Assembly: GCA_965644295.1 (NCBI GenBank)
Contig: CBFFRP010000297.1
Location: forward strand, 682,001-746,000
Length of the DNA stretch: 64,000 bases
Source: Paraphysomonas bandaiensis
Taxonomy: Eukaryota > Protista > Chrysophyceae
Reading direction: 5' to 3'
Shown here: positions 24,056 through 38,300 of the stretch, piece by piece
Layout: every line of letters begins with the position of its first letter
Position numbering within the stretch: position 1 is the stretch's first letter
Program-made: the position numbers and the translations under genes
The notes under the pieces: model-generated
The model's input: only the letters and a program-made list of their open reading frames with translations
Database searches by the model: none
What the model was told of the DNA's origin: nothing

Positions 24056-27000
24056 CTAATTATCTAAAATCTTCCGCACTGTTTCAAAAGACACAGCATT
24101 TATACTTCGCGAGGAGTCACCCTCAAATCTAACTAACTCTATTGGGGGTAGAGGTTGTGCCTGGTTATAAACAGCACACTTAAACTCCAAGTCATTAAAC
24201 TGAACAGAAGCCTCAGCCGAAGTAGAGGAAACAATGTTGCAATCATATGAATTTGTCATCTTGGCGTCATCGTCAAGAAAATTATCTATATTTTGGTGAA
24301 GGTTCCTGTAATTCAAATAGCCACTCTACAGAGAAATACGCATATACACGCATGTTACAGTAGCAAGAGGGTGACAGAGATACACGTACCCTCAAACTCT
24401 TCCACAAACTCGCAGGGTATACTCCACTTTCTCCAAGAATACTCTGTCGCACATTAGATCATTAATGTCACCGCGTCAGTAAAGTACACTGCTCTCACCA
24501 TGCGCTTTGCAACAATCGCTGTAAATCCTGACTCCCCTTTGTGAGGTTCTAAAGATATGTACCGTGGCATGTGTTGACATGGCTTGCTGGGTTCATCCGC
24601 CAACACACGGGAGCGCAGAAATTGAATACTTGCGTATTCAGCATCTCTAGTGCGCCAAAACTCAGTTCTATTGGAATTTCGTTGTGTGGAGCGAGTCGTT
24701 CCACTTGCCTGCGCATACATGCTGTCGACATTGCGACCATTACATCGTGCAGTGTCTTCGGCAACCAGCAGCATCGCATACAACACCAGCGGTGGTGATA
24801 TTTTCACTGACTTAGGAGATAAGTAAATGACGTGCTCTCTTTCGACGACAGGAATATGTGCATACAAAGCAGCTAGGAAATTACCATGACTGAACCCTCG
24901 CCCATACCTGCGAACTTTAATATTCCATATTCCAATATCATATATGACCTTGAAATCATTAATTATATTACGTGCTTCAGCGTAAGAAAGAAGAGTGTTC
25001 GTATGAATCGGTTCTCTGTCTGAAGCTTCGCTGTCCGTAATTAAAACGAGAATTCGAAAACTTTCCGATGAGATCGGAACCGTTCTAATACCAATGGCGA
25101 TGGAAATAAGTATCTCAGCGAGGCTACTGGTTGCATATAAAACAATCGACAAGATTGGTGCATGTGATAAAAGAGATTTCATGGTACTCTGTCGAAGAGA
25201 GAGCAGAGTGTGTATAGGGTGTGGTGTTTCTTCAGCATCAAGTGAGAGTAAAGTCTTCGCACCAACAGATAAAGCTCCTCGAAGAAGCACACTAGAGGAA
25301 CCTGACATGGAAACTTGGGTTTGATTTAGTAACGCATGCCTCCCATAGCCTTTTGCCTTTGTATTGTTGAAATTACGCCGAAACAGGGGTATTATTAATA
25401 TGTCCGGTCTCACAGAGTCCAGTAGCTGTTTTACCCGATGTTCCTCTAAATCATCACTTGCCTGTCCTGGAATTACGTACAGGCCACTTTTTTCGCCACT
25501 GCAGAGAACGGATCCATCCGCTGCACCAACTTTTTCTATCATACGTCTACAGTGCTCCTGTTGTCCCACAGACAGATGGTCACTAATCGCACTAGAGGGC
25601 TCTACAGTGATCAGTGATAATTGGTAGGCCGTCGCCGATTGGTCGCTGATAAGCCGCTGTCGGCTAAACCAGGAGCCGTGTTGCTGCACCGCCCATTGGA
25701 GGGATTGAAAAAATTCTTTGGAAGGTGTTTTGGAGGGGTCCAAGTACAGCACTACACGCACAGGCGCGGCAGGAGGGGGAAAGTGTACGCCCGTGATATT
25801 GGATGGTGGGGGCAGAAAATCTAGTTGATAATCAGATAACACGAACTTTCCTCCAATTTGCAGTAGCCATTGATGTAGAGTATCTCGATGACGAGAAGCT
25901 ATTCCAGAGAATGACTTTACGTTATCCAATCTCTTACTACTAGAATGCATGTTTAAGTCACCCCATGTCAACGAATCTTCATACTCTGATGGAAGCACCC
26001 AACTATAGCACAGTAAGCGGAGCGAATACATTGGAACATAGAAGGTATGCGTACCTGCATACGCCAATATGCTTTCTCAAAGCATAAGAAAAGAGCATAC
26101 TCTCTGTCTCATGTGACTCATGTATATCTCGAATATCCATCACCTGGAAACACGGTCCCAATCACAAGTACACAAACGCCAGTCAAAGGTGTGTGACAGT
26201 ACATTACCTCTCGCAAAAAATACAATGCCCACGAACTTTCCATGAACCACATATCTGACAAATAATCAACTTCCACTGCCCGGTCCGGAAATACACCATA
26301 CTCAGCATCTGGATACCGCACAGGCTGCGCAATAGAGTTATCACGTCCTTGGACTGTCCTTCGTCCAGGCAGAATTGTGCCTGATGAACCGAGAAGTGAG
26401 CGTGCATGCTCAAGAGTATGAACAGTGTGCAGCAGAGTGTGCAGAAAAGAAGTTCCGGGTAACACTCCACCTAATATCACCCACGCATACTTCGTACGGC
26501 ACTATAACCAAAAACAGTGAAAGGACATGAGTGCATGAACTACTCACAGTATACCTGTAATACTTTGTCCAGCACATGTCGTAAGCGCAGTTCAGCATTC
26601 GTATATTCTACGGTGAATGTGGTCGCAGTATGCATAGCAAAAGCACTGGAAATATCATTCATTGCATCTTTAAACTCAATTGATGATGTATCGTGCACCG
26701 AATACATATAGATGGAGATATGTGTGGGTATTATCGTTTGATGCAGAAGTGCCTCTAGTTGTGATTTAATTGAATCATTTGGAGTTATTTGAAGGAGGAC
26801 TGTAGTATCAGAGGCATTAGTTGGGGTAAACGAGCTGCTTAATGAGAGCAGTTGTGTATATGTGACTCCCCTCATATGTCCCTTCAGGCCCTCTATTGTC
26901 TTTACTCTCTCTAGTGAGTGTCTTGTAGCTGTAATATGAGACATCCGGAGACGTGTTTGATGATCAGGAATATCTGTGTATATATACATGAGCATATGAG

Positions 27001-27306
27001 CATATCTGTATGTGCGTATGTGCGTATATATATATGTGTGAGCATATGAGCTGTGCGTGTGTATGTATCTATCTGTGTATATGTATGTGTGTATCTGTAT
27101 GTGGATGAGCATATGAGCATATCTGTATCCGAGTATGTGAGCATATGATCACATGAGCTGTGCGTGTGCGTGTATCTCTCTGTGTATGTGTCTGTATGTG
27201 TGTGTGTGTATGTGTGTTAGTTACCGTCTAATAGAAGAAACAATAGAAAGAACGATGAAACGATCAACAGAGAGGACATGAGAAACACTGTGTTGATAAT
27301 GGACAT
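24056..27306 (-). CDS. Type II membrane GT2-like glycosyltransferase-family protein, multi-exon
   Basis: Signal anchor MSIINTVFLMSSLLIVSSFFLLFLLL. Motifs QLEALLHQTIIPTHI, LPGTSFL..LLH...LLGSSGTILP and EVDYLSDMWFMESSW resemble plant/fungal GT2-like proteins. No clear DxD motif. Confidence 0.55.
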
Positions 27307-28126
27307 GATGAGGGTTAGTGTGGAGTGAGAATGAGAGGTATGGAGTGAGTGTGTGTGTATGTGTGATATGAGAACACTTAAGGGAGATATGTACTGATAG
27401 ACTGGTGTACCTGTACACTGACTACATTCCTCCTATGTTCACAGGTACGTTTACAGTACATAATTTTATATATCATGATGTCTAGTTAGCGTACCGGAGT
27501 ATATGATACAGTATCATACAGTACACTATATTGCAGTACATATCTACATCAGATGCCTACATGCCTACATACATGCCTACTTGTACCATATACGTATATC
27601 GCCATAGAGTGAGAGTGCGATAGAGGACACTGTCAAACTCTGTACATGATGCATAGAGTTCACTTATTCTTTAAGTAATTCAGAATTGAAATTTGGTCAA
27701 CTGATGCTCTCGATATACTCATCATTCCTCATCTATTGTGGTCCCATTTATTGCTTGTTTGAGGTCGATGATCTCGTCCACTTGCAGCCAGTATGGCCAC
27801 ATGATCACATCTTGAAACCCCTGGTTTTTGTGTCATATAAAACCCAATTTTATATCCGTTTCATACAAATTCTTACAAAAAAATGAGAAACTATCTAAAA
27901 ATGCCGACATATGAGAAAAGAGATGATATAAACCCCGTGTTTTCTAGTTGTATATATATATCAGTAGAGTCTCTCCTATATATACATATATATATATGTA
28001 TAGATGACACTGTTAAGATGAGACTGTATATCGCATGAGATCATCCACATCCACTACATCAAACAACTCATACATGTTCCTCTTATCATTATAATCCACC
28101 CATCCATCCATCCATCCATCCATCCA

Positions 28127-30186
28127 ATGGAAGAGAAGGTTCCAAGTTTCTTAGTGAAGGACATCATCGTGAAGGACACGAAACGCAAACTACGACCAAT
28201 ACGAACCATATCAATGACACATGAGGAGATGTATGGACACACTGATGAAGCAATCAAAGGATCATTATTTGATAGTGGTTTAAATATCGTTCAAAGGGAT
28301 CATATCGCGTCGTCTATCATGCGAGGGGAGTACTCTGTATCGAGTAACAGTAACAGTAACACTGATACGATGACAACAAATCAAACATATAGTGAATCTT
28401 CTAAATCTAAATCTAGAAGAAATATAAGACGATATAATTATAATCCAACATCGTTGGGTGTTGTTAGCTCATCTGCTCCTCTCTTAGAGCCAGAGAATAA
28501 GAAAGCCAAAGAAATTATTCGATGTAAGAAATTAGGTAAAGGTGTCACAGAGTTTCGATTTGGCCCAAAAGTGGTACCAGCTGTTGATAGACATGTTCCT
28601 CGTGCTCAAACTGCTGAGATTATGAAGACTAAAGTTGGTTTGGAGTCAAGTAGTCGATGCGAGACGATAGCTAGCATGAAAACGTATGTATGATGTATTT
28701 ATAAAGTACATTGATGTTTATAGTGTTGAATTGGTTCGATAGATATATTCTATGTAGAGTTTCTTTCCGTTGGTCTGAGTATTAAATTTCTTACCTATAG
28801 GGAGATGGTCAAGAAAAATGTGGCTCAAGTGAAAGAACTTCGCGACATAGTACATAACTATCAGGAACAGTACTCGACTACACGTCGTAAGAACATTCAA
28901 TATAGGAGAAAAGTAAACGCCTTTAGACAAGTAGGTGCCATGCTGCTGTTATCGTTAATATCATGTTTCAGGTCGCATCGCTTTACACCCTTATCTAACT
29001 TCTTGCGTTGCAGAAATTGTTTGAACGCCTGAGAGAGAAGCGCGATCCTCAAATACGGGATATTATGCGTATTCTCGATGACTTTACTATCGATCAATTT
29101 ATAGAGCGTTTCAAAGGTTGCTCAATGACAGTGGATGCTGTAATATCGCATATTGGTGACACTCTTCCAGTTCAGCATTCCAACGGGTGTGTGGACAGTA
29201 TATCTAGTACTTCCAATTCGGTTTTGTCCGATGATATTCTTGGCCCAGCGGGAGATATTGGTGCGTTCCAGTTTAATGAGAGCGTATATGAATTCGACGA
29301 CATGGAGTCACGAGACTCTATCTCTGTCGACGATGTGTCTCGGTTCAAAAAGCAGCCCACATCTCGCGTTTCTTCCAGTTCACCTAAAAAACACAAAGTT
29401 AGTGCATTCGGCAATTCAGAGCGCACCGGCGATCCATTTCTTATTCTAAATCCTCGCCCTATTATTTCTAGGGGCGCGGGATTTCGTTCTATTAACACAG
29501 CCGCCAGAACTTCAAGCCCTGCTACCGATGAATCATTGAGTAAGAAAGAAACTCCTCAATCAATGTCGGTTAGTACGGCTCCTGCTAGTACCCAGAGGCC
29601 TAATTCACCGGGAGGATTCTTCTCGACACAGCCACATTATGAGAGCGGTTACAACAGTGAAATTAATGACAGTCGCCCGTGTTCACCGCCCACCATGTAT
29701 TTCATGAATGCCGTTAAGTCGGAGCTAGAAGCCAATGGGAATTTGCAATCGGAACAAGCGACTGCTGTATTAGACAACGAGGAAGGTTCGGAGTTTGATG
29801 GGCACCAGAAATCTATTGAGTCTCTTGCTGACTCCCTCTCTAGTAGTTCTGTATCGAGCAAGCTAAGATGCTTCTCGACGAAGGAGAAAAAAGGATCACC
29901 ACGGAAGTTAGGTCGCGTAGCAGCTGGGCGGCGCAAGCCGCCGAAAGTGAAAACAGTTCCAGTGGTTCTAGATGGAAATTTGGATTGTACACCTGTACCA
30001 TATAGCCAGCACATCATATCACCGAGCCATTCAGGAAATCATGTCTCCCGAGAAAGGCCCAAACGTGAAGGTATTCGGCATGGACCTTCCTGCTCACTTC
30101 CATTATCGTCCACGAGTTACGGAGACCTTTATGTAGTGAGTAGTTACAAAAATTCAACCGACCCCATTGTTATAAATAATCTTTAA
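28127..30186 (+). CDS. Hypothetical protein (short coiled coil plus Ser-rich low-complexity tail), ~3 exons
   Basis: Three consecutive long ORFs separated by GT-AG-bounded gaps; no recognisable domain. Confidence 0.6.
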
Positions 30187-30417
30187 GAAATTGATGTTAT
30201 CTAGATGAATGTTATACTCTAATAAGCCAAATCAATGTTTTAAAGCAGTTTTTATATGCCAGTTGACGAAATCCGAAAGTACCTTATTTCTGCCCGTTTC
30301 AGCTTATATCTTCTGCCGGTTCTTAAAGGAATTTTAGACTTCAGACCATGCTATCAAAAAATTGAAACACAAATTTCAGTGTAAATTATTACAATTTCAA
30401 GATAATTGAGTACTTCG

Positions 30418-30494
30418 TTGTTGAGTTTTGCTGTTTGAGCAATTAAAAGCTGTAATTCTAAGGTATTGGAATTATGAGTCGAAGAATACAGTAG
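30418..30494. repeat. ~80-bp dispersed repeat, copy B
   Basis: Near-identical to 20546-20627. Confidence 0.75.
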
Positions 30495-30616
30495 AGGTTA
30501 ACAGTGTTTGGCAACAAAATTATATAACTTAGTAATGATAAGAAAAAAACAGGAATAATAAAATCTCACATACAATGATACATCTTGAATCCTCACAAAA
30601 CAGTATACACACCACC

Positions 30617-33600
30617 TTAATCTCTAGTCATTTTCTTCTCCAAATCCGATTTGAGGTTTGCAACGGTATGCAACACAGTATCAAGTGTTTTACTAATATC
30701 GTCATCACCTTGAAATAACCTCACGTCATCCAACAAATCCATTACACAATCGATCTTCCCAATTCTCGGATCATCGCTAGTATGGTTAGCACAAAATAAT
30801 CCTGGATTTCGCGATAGTGATTCCACCTTTCCATTTTCCCCATCGTGGAATGCTGCTATACGAGCCTCTGTGCGCTTGCGGTTCGAGTGTACATCAACAG
30901 CTGCTTGTACTACATTCTGGTGTACACATAAAACAGAGATGTAAGAAGATACACATACATACTGCAAGATGAATGCTGCCTACGACTACGAAGAATTACT
31001 TCTATAGCATGCTACATATTTTACACCAAGTACGTGCTACTGTGTCCATACCTGTGTACTGGTTCGCGGAACAGTTTGCGACAACACAAACACACGGTCG
31101 CAGGCATACAGTTTTGTGTCTTGCGGGGGATTGGTTAGTACGTACGGCATCGTATTGCTCATTGCACCAAGGACATTTGCGAATACTCCTCGGTATAATC
31201 CCATGGGTAACATACCATCGGCGCATAGACTCTGAAACAAAGCTCCATAAGTCTTACCCACCATGTTATCCAGCATTGGAATTTGGTAGAGAGAACTACC
31301 AATTACGCCTTCAACACCATAGCCGGTATGCTCCGAGAGAAGTGAATTAGAATAATCCGATACTATAAGCTTATTCAAAAGAACCAGCAAATGAGGATTG
31401 TAAAACGCCTGGAGACAAACTTCAGAAAAAGCCATAATATAGTAAACACAAAACATACCTGGGGAATGATAGTGTCCACAATACCGGAGAGAAACAACCC
31501 ACCAGATGCAAAATGTGAGGTGAAGCGAAAGTCAAAATTATCACATTCTCCAGATGCGTAAGGATCCAAATATCTCACATTTTCTCTGCAAACTATTTCT
31601 ATCACCACATGCGCGCGGTCATTAAGTTTTTTGACTAAATGGTAGGTAAATATGGCATCTGCGTCGACAATAGCATCCACTCCTGACGATTCTCCTCGCG
31701 TAATATCCGAGGGAGGGTCAGCTAAAATAACAACATGAGATGCGCGGAAGATCCCGGCGTTTCTCATGGCAGACACTTGATGGGGATTCCCGCGAACTAT
31801 CAGTATTCCTTCAAATACTGATACCTCACTCCACACATCATGTGGAATTTCACATGATGTAAGAAGAACGATATATTGCAGTTTTCCTAAGTTGCGCTGT
31901 CTGAATGGATGAATAAAGTCATACAAGTGATTCAGATCGCCAGATATCAAAATCATGTGATTGCGAAGGTTTGGGTACTCCTCTTCAAGAGAAGTTTGTA
32001 TCGTGGCTTCGGCTATACTCATGGGGAAAGAATTCATGAAAAACTGTTCCTTTAATCGCTTGTCTTCCATTTTATGAAGTCGCTCCTGCTCGCTAGTGCT
32101 CGAGTTCGATTCCATGCGAGCAATTGATTTCCAATGCGCCAATCGATTCACAAAAACTTCAGGCAAGCTTCCTTTGCGTGCATCACTTGACCGTGATGGA
32201 ATTTGATTCTGATTTTTTCTTTGATCGCATGTAGCTTTGTTAGACCCGTTTTCATTCTCTATCAGATACTTTTCGGATGAAAGGCCATCAGCAGTAGAAG
32301 GTGTCGACGGTCGCGCTATACCCATAACAGTAGAATACCTGTCAGAGCCTGCCTCATTGCCAACTTTATGCATTATGCGCGTGGTAATATCTGCCAACAC
32401 AGCGTTGCCGGCACCTCCCAGTCCAACGGATGAGAGATCAGAAGAAAGTTTATTTCGAGCGATAACAAAGCCTTCAACAGCATAGCGTTTTGGTGAAGGA
32501 ATTACATATCCTGCTGGGTTAAGAATAACATGAGCGCGATGGCTACCTATAAGCTCCCGTATTCGTAGAGCAAACAATACGACCCCAAGTTTTTCGTACA
32601 GCACATGGGCAACATCAATAAACCGCTTATTCGAGAACGCAGATGATAATTTAGTTGTGTATATTTCCCACTCACAACCATTTTTATATTCTTCATACCA
32701 TGTATCTTGAGAGTCTTCGACATCGCAACTATCATCTCCGTCAAATGCATCTTCGATGTATCTCTTACTGGCCTTCTCAATTATCTAATAGAAAGATTAA
32801 ATAAACTCTATCTGTAATTCAAACACACATCATAAACGCACCTCTTCAAACTTTATTGCAAACGAAATCAGCAGGTTGAACAGGAGAGTGGATGTTCCAG
32901 GGTACATACATGTTTTGGCTACAAGTCCCATTTTCACTTCATACAAACACACGACGAGCTCTTTGTCGCCATCTGGATCATGCATAATAACATGCCGTCT
33001 ATTTTCTGGTCTAATCAACTGCATGCCAAACATAGGAGCCCCCTTTTCAGCGTGGTGGTTGATAAAGCGGCGAATGCTAGTGTATTGCAAAATAGTTTTA
33101 GCATCTTGCACGTCCGGATTCGTGTCAAACTTGTTACTCATAATAAACACAGCAATAGCATCCTGGGCACAGGCTCTCTGAAGATCTTCGTCTTTTAAAG
33201 GTGACCCTTCAAGATAATGAACAAAGTACGAAAACAATGGATCGATGATGATATCGTACATATCAGGTGTCGGGTAATCTGTATGATACATTAGACAATT
33301 ATGATTATATGTATGACAACGTTGTCGATGACTACTTCATGCATTGTGGTGTACATGTAGGAAAAGCGCAAAAGCAATTTTATTATTTGGGGTACAGCCT
33401 ACGTCTGCAGAACTCACCAGGATGTAGTACAACAGCGTTAATATTAATTTTTTCGTGATCGTCATGAAACAGCTCACTAAAAAACTCTAATAGGTTGATG
33501 GAGCTCAAATCACCACACACAAGCACGTGTTTCGCACTGGGAGTGGCTTTATACTGAGATCGGGCGTATATTGACGATTGGTTCATTTTATCCATTAGCT

Positions 33601-34759
33601 CGGTAACCTGTTTGGGTACCCTGATGTCATAGGATCAGCTGGCATGTTTCATACGGTACACAAACTATACACTCATGGACACATCATGGACATAAAACTC
33701 GGCCAAATTAACATAGAACGCAAGCAACCAGGCATTAAGAGAATTGCACACTAACCATATTATGAGTAAACACAGTGAAGACATAGCCAATGTACGCCCT
33801 AGTCCAGATTCTGGTGTAACATCGCCCTAAATAAAAAGAGTCATTCGATAGGTCACAGTATAGGTATTGTCACTCACGTATCCCACAGTCGTGATCGAAA
33901 CGATCATGAAATATAACCAAGTGTGAAACTTTTGACTCCTAGTGCCATCAGATTCTAAATATCTCATTGCCGCAGTGTCTGTAAAAAAAAGTTACATCGT
34001 TAGCTGGTACCTAAAATACTCTCAATAGATACACTCACTGAACAGTATGATAACTACTACCGACAGCGTCAATTGCAGAGCATGTCTCTTCACTTCATCT
34101 TCAATATGAAGCAACTTTTTATGTATTCGTAGCACTCGCAATATAAGAAGGGCTCTTGCGCCATGCATTGCATAGTTAATAGCATCTTCTACTGTGTGTA
34201 TCTGGTCATAATACACTGGAGTCTTGAACACAAAGAATATAAACCATATTGGGATTACAGTTGCAAAGTCTATCAGCGAAAAAAAACTAATACAAACACA
34301 AGATAACTTCGAAAAATGATAAAATATAATTCACACACCTCCAAAAGTGTTCCCAGCGTCTATCTGCAAGAAATAAATTCAAACTCCAGTCAAATGCGAA
34401 CAGTGACGCTAGAACAAGTTCGAATATATCAAATTTCTCCCGAAGATGCTGTTAGAGAGTAACATATAGAATAAAAGTTAAACATTAATAAGAAATCAAA
34501 CGATATGATTCTAAACCTGATCCTTCTCTTCATTGAGATATGTCTGATATATGCTTTGTATACATGAAACTACACTGAGAGCAAGGAAGGAATTGATATA
34601 CAGTGTTCCAAATATATGAGACGCAATAAATTTCTTAATTCGTAATCGTATAACTTCTAAAACACTCCCTTTCGAGTCGTAATGAATATTCTTCTTGATT
34701 TCACGTATAAAAGAATTATGGCGAGTTAATGGGATGACTTTTGATCGTATATGAACCAT
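30617..34759 (-). CDS. BK/Slo-family Ca2+-activated K+ channel, multi-exon
   Basis: Pore WLYFMIVSITTVGY|GDVTP; RCK motifs HVLVCG, FFSELFHDDH, YLEGSPL..EDLQRA, PGTSTLLFNL, FASG and YVLTNPP. Confidence 0.9.
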
Positions 34760-35373
34760 AAGGTAGAGGTAGATATACAGGATGTTAATTGATAAGAATG
34801 ATATTCATTATTATTGATATAATGGGGACAAGAGTGTTAATGAGGGAGAGGTAGGTGAGGTAGGTACCCCGATACCGTTACTTGGAGTGGGATCTCCACC
34901 TCACTGTACACGATATCGTCCACCAGATAGGACCAAATATAGCTTACAAGAGTACGATTACCTCACTTCTAGACTTTTTCGAGTACTAAAAAGACCAAAA
35001 CCATACAAATTAAGAGATTTTTTGTCTAACTTCAACAAGTAAGAGATATATATCGGAGTTTTCAGTACTTGAATTTTTAAAAAACCTCACCCGGTAACGG
35101 TTAGCGGACGACTACCCGTTACCGGCGATTGTATTATGAAGCAACGTTTCTCTCTATACGAATCTGTAGATATATACCTACATAGAGCCATAGTAGATGA
35201 AGTATGAAGTGCAAATGTATATATTGACTTACTCGAAGTGTAGTAAACTTCTTCACTTCGATAAGATCGATTCCACGTACAGTATATATATATATATCGC
35301 GTATATTACATATAGGAACTGCACTGTACTGCACTGCACTGCACTGCACTGAACTGAACTGCGTATAATCACA

Positions 35374-38300
35374 ATGAATTCCACTAATGAATTGATCGAT
35401 TTAATCAGAGTCACAACAAGACAATATCAATTTGATTTTAATAAAGTAGCAGAAGCTGTGAATGCACTAGCAAATGATGGTCAAGTTCATATCGATCAAC
35501 CGATATCTGCACAACAATGCAGAGAGTTATTTGCTCAAGATTATGCGACTGAATCAGTATCAACAGACTCCATCAATACGAAACAAGTCACTACAGCAAT
35601 GGTTGAAGAGGAACATATATCAATTGAGTCTGTACTGCGACAACAAGAGATACGCCGGGCAGAGAATGATAAGAAGATGGAACTTATATTTCAACGTGTT
35701 CTAAGTACACTGGAGACAACAGATAAAGTTGCACTTAGTGAGAATGATGAGATTGTGGTTGCTCGAAGACGTCAAGTGGAGATGAAAGAACAAGAGCGGT
35801 ATGCTAAGGCTCAATTAGAGGCTGAACAAAGGGAGCAAAAGTTTCTTGATGAACAACGTATGGCACTGCGTCGGAGATTCGAAGACGGTAGCGAAGACAC
35901 ACAGGGCATAGACCCATTTGCTGAGAAACAGTCACAGCCCCCCCAACCCACAGGTTTGCTTTGCTGCTCTATTTATGATGGTTTGTTATAAGTCGTGTTT
36001 ACACGAACGTTAGATACTCTAGACTCGCACCCCATGTTGAGCGAAGATGTGATAAGAGATTTCAGTATGGAGCGGCTTTTGGATACCGCCGAGTTCGATC
36101 AGCTGCTCACCCAAATTGAACAGGACATAGACTCCCGGGTTAGACTTACCGCTGCTGGAAAAGAAGGTAACGACATGATTTGTTTCTCTGATTTATAGTT
36201 TTTGAACGAGTGTCACCTGTGTGTGACCATTGCTTGTGGCACCCTTGTTTCACAAGTGTATCTTGCTCGGATGTGTTGTAATGATGAGTTGTTAGATGGT
36301 CAGGATGAGCCTCTTTCTGAACTTGGAGAGGTGTTATCTTTCCTGAACAAATCGGCAGAGGAGAAGGCCCAACGCCCAAAAGCGACTCCAAACTCAGGAT
36401 TGTCTCTCCCTCCTCCACCCGTTACTGCGGCTTTACCACCCAACCCGCCTCCTCCATCGACTTCTAAGGTCATCGCAGCAGCAGAATCGAAGTGTCAGCC
36501 AGAGCAATCAAGTGCTAAAAGTTCGGCTTCTGTCATGCGGTCAGGTCATTTGGGTGGTCGTGGCCAACCAGCTTCTCGGTCTGATCGGGGCGGCCGGCTT
36601 AGTGGATATGGTGGACGTGGTGGGCGCGGTCGAGGTGCTACGTCAGCCAGAACTGCATTGGACGACACGGAGAGCTCTGGTGAAGATAGCGACGAAGACT
36701 GGACCGACATGCGACAGAAGCTGAAGCGCAGTGTTGAGCCTGTGGATGAAATAGCAGTTGACCCTCATTCTGCGGGATTCTGGGGGGCGTATGGCAACAA
36801 ATCAGTTCCACATGCTTCAGAAAGCAGCACAGAGATTTTACATCGTTTCGGCGAAGTAACGTCCGAGGGTGAGGAAGAGGGCGATAGTAGTGAGGAGAAC
36901 GACGATGGTGAGACTGACAGAAACATAGCGAATGATGGGGATACTGAGAGTGAGGTTGTGGAAGAGGATGAGAAAAGCGTTGGGTCAGATGGTGAGAGTG
37001 CTCATTCGACGGATGTCTCACCTCCTTTTCCGATGGATAGTGAGAATGGTACCCTATCCCCCGAAGCCCATTACGCTGCACTCCAGACCAAGGCTGAGGC
37101 TCCGGTAAATTTGACAGAACATCCCCCTTCTCCTCCTTTGAGTGGTGAGATTTCTCCTCACAAATCAGCTTTACCTGACACCACTAGCGCTTCTGCAAGC
37201 CGTAGCTCTACTGTTAATGTCCCGTCTATTCCTCCTTCAATTAGTTCCCGTACAAGTGGTGGAATTTTAGGTGCTGATACAAGCAATAGGCGTAATCGTC
37301 GAACGAAAGAAAACAAGCTTCAGAGCTCCGTTGAGGCTGCCAAGAAGCGACGAGAAGAAATTCAGAAGAAAGCGGCAGCAGCTGCTATTCCTGTCATTCA
37401 GTCAGTAGTCGAGACTCCCACCCTTGCTGAACCGGCAATGGAAAAGAGTCAAGACACTACAGCCGAATCTGAGAGTGTTGATGAAGTTTCGGGTGCGAAT
37501 ACGAACCCGCTGATGCCTTCGGATCATCCGTTTTGCTCCGTCCTTCCTCCTGACACGATCGCAGTGTTCAGCGATACATCCAGTGAGAACCGGGAGCTGT
37601 CACTCAAGGAGTGTCAAGGTTTGGTTGTTGTTCAGTTTGACCTATCTGGGCCTATGAAAGGCGGTAAAGGGCCTGGGCAGGAGAAATCTGATGCCCCAGT
37701 TTTCCTTCTCCTGGCGTGGGTCACTCAAAAACTAGCGGAGCTAGAGGGCTATATATCGGCAGTTCAGTACACTGATGATGCTGAGGAGGACAAAACTTCT
37801 TATCGAAAAGTGTTAACTATAGTTGTCGAAGGTAATACACCTCATGCGATGATGATGCTTCCTCGTGACCTTATGCACGCGATGCAAACGGCTAACGTAA
37901 GCGATGTAATTGAGATTTATGAGTCAAGTTCATCTAGTGGCGTGCTAGGTAGTCCTTATAAGGGGCTGCTTTTATCATCAATAGGATGCATTTTGCCTCC
38001 TGACAAAGCATTACTAGTTCTGCAACGGATGACGCTACCGCCAGCACAAGAAGCTGCTGGCACAGACTGGCTGAGTCGACTGAATCATAACACCATTGTG
38101 TCATGTGTCTTGAAGCCGTACGTTATGAATAGTGCAGATATTCTCTCCACTGTCTTCATGTTGTGCGAAAAATATGGTCTGAGGTTGTGTGGACTGAGAA
38201 CGGCATACGTGAATAGATCATGCAAGGAAACTGCTAACCTGGTTCATCCTGATGTGGTGTCACCGATATTCGGGAAGGCTACATCCCACCGCCTGGAGCG

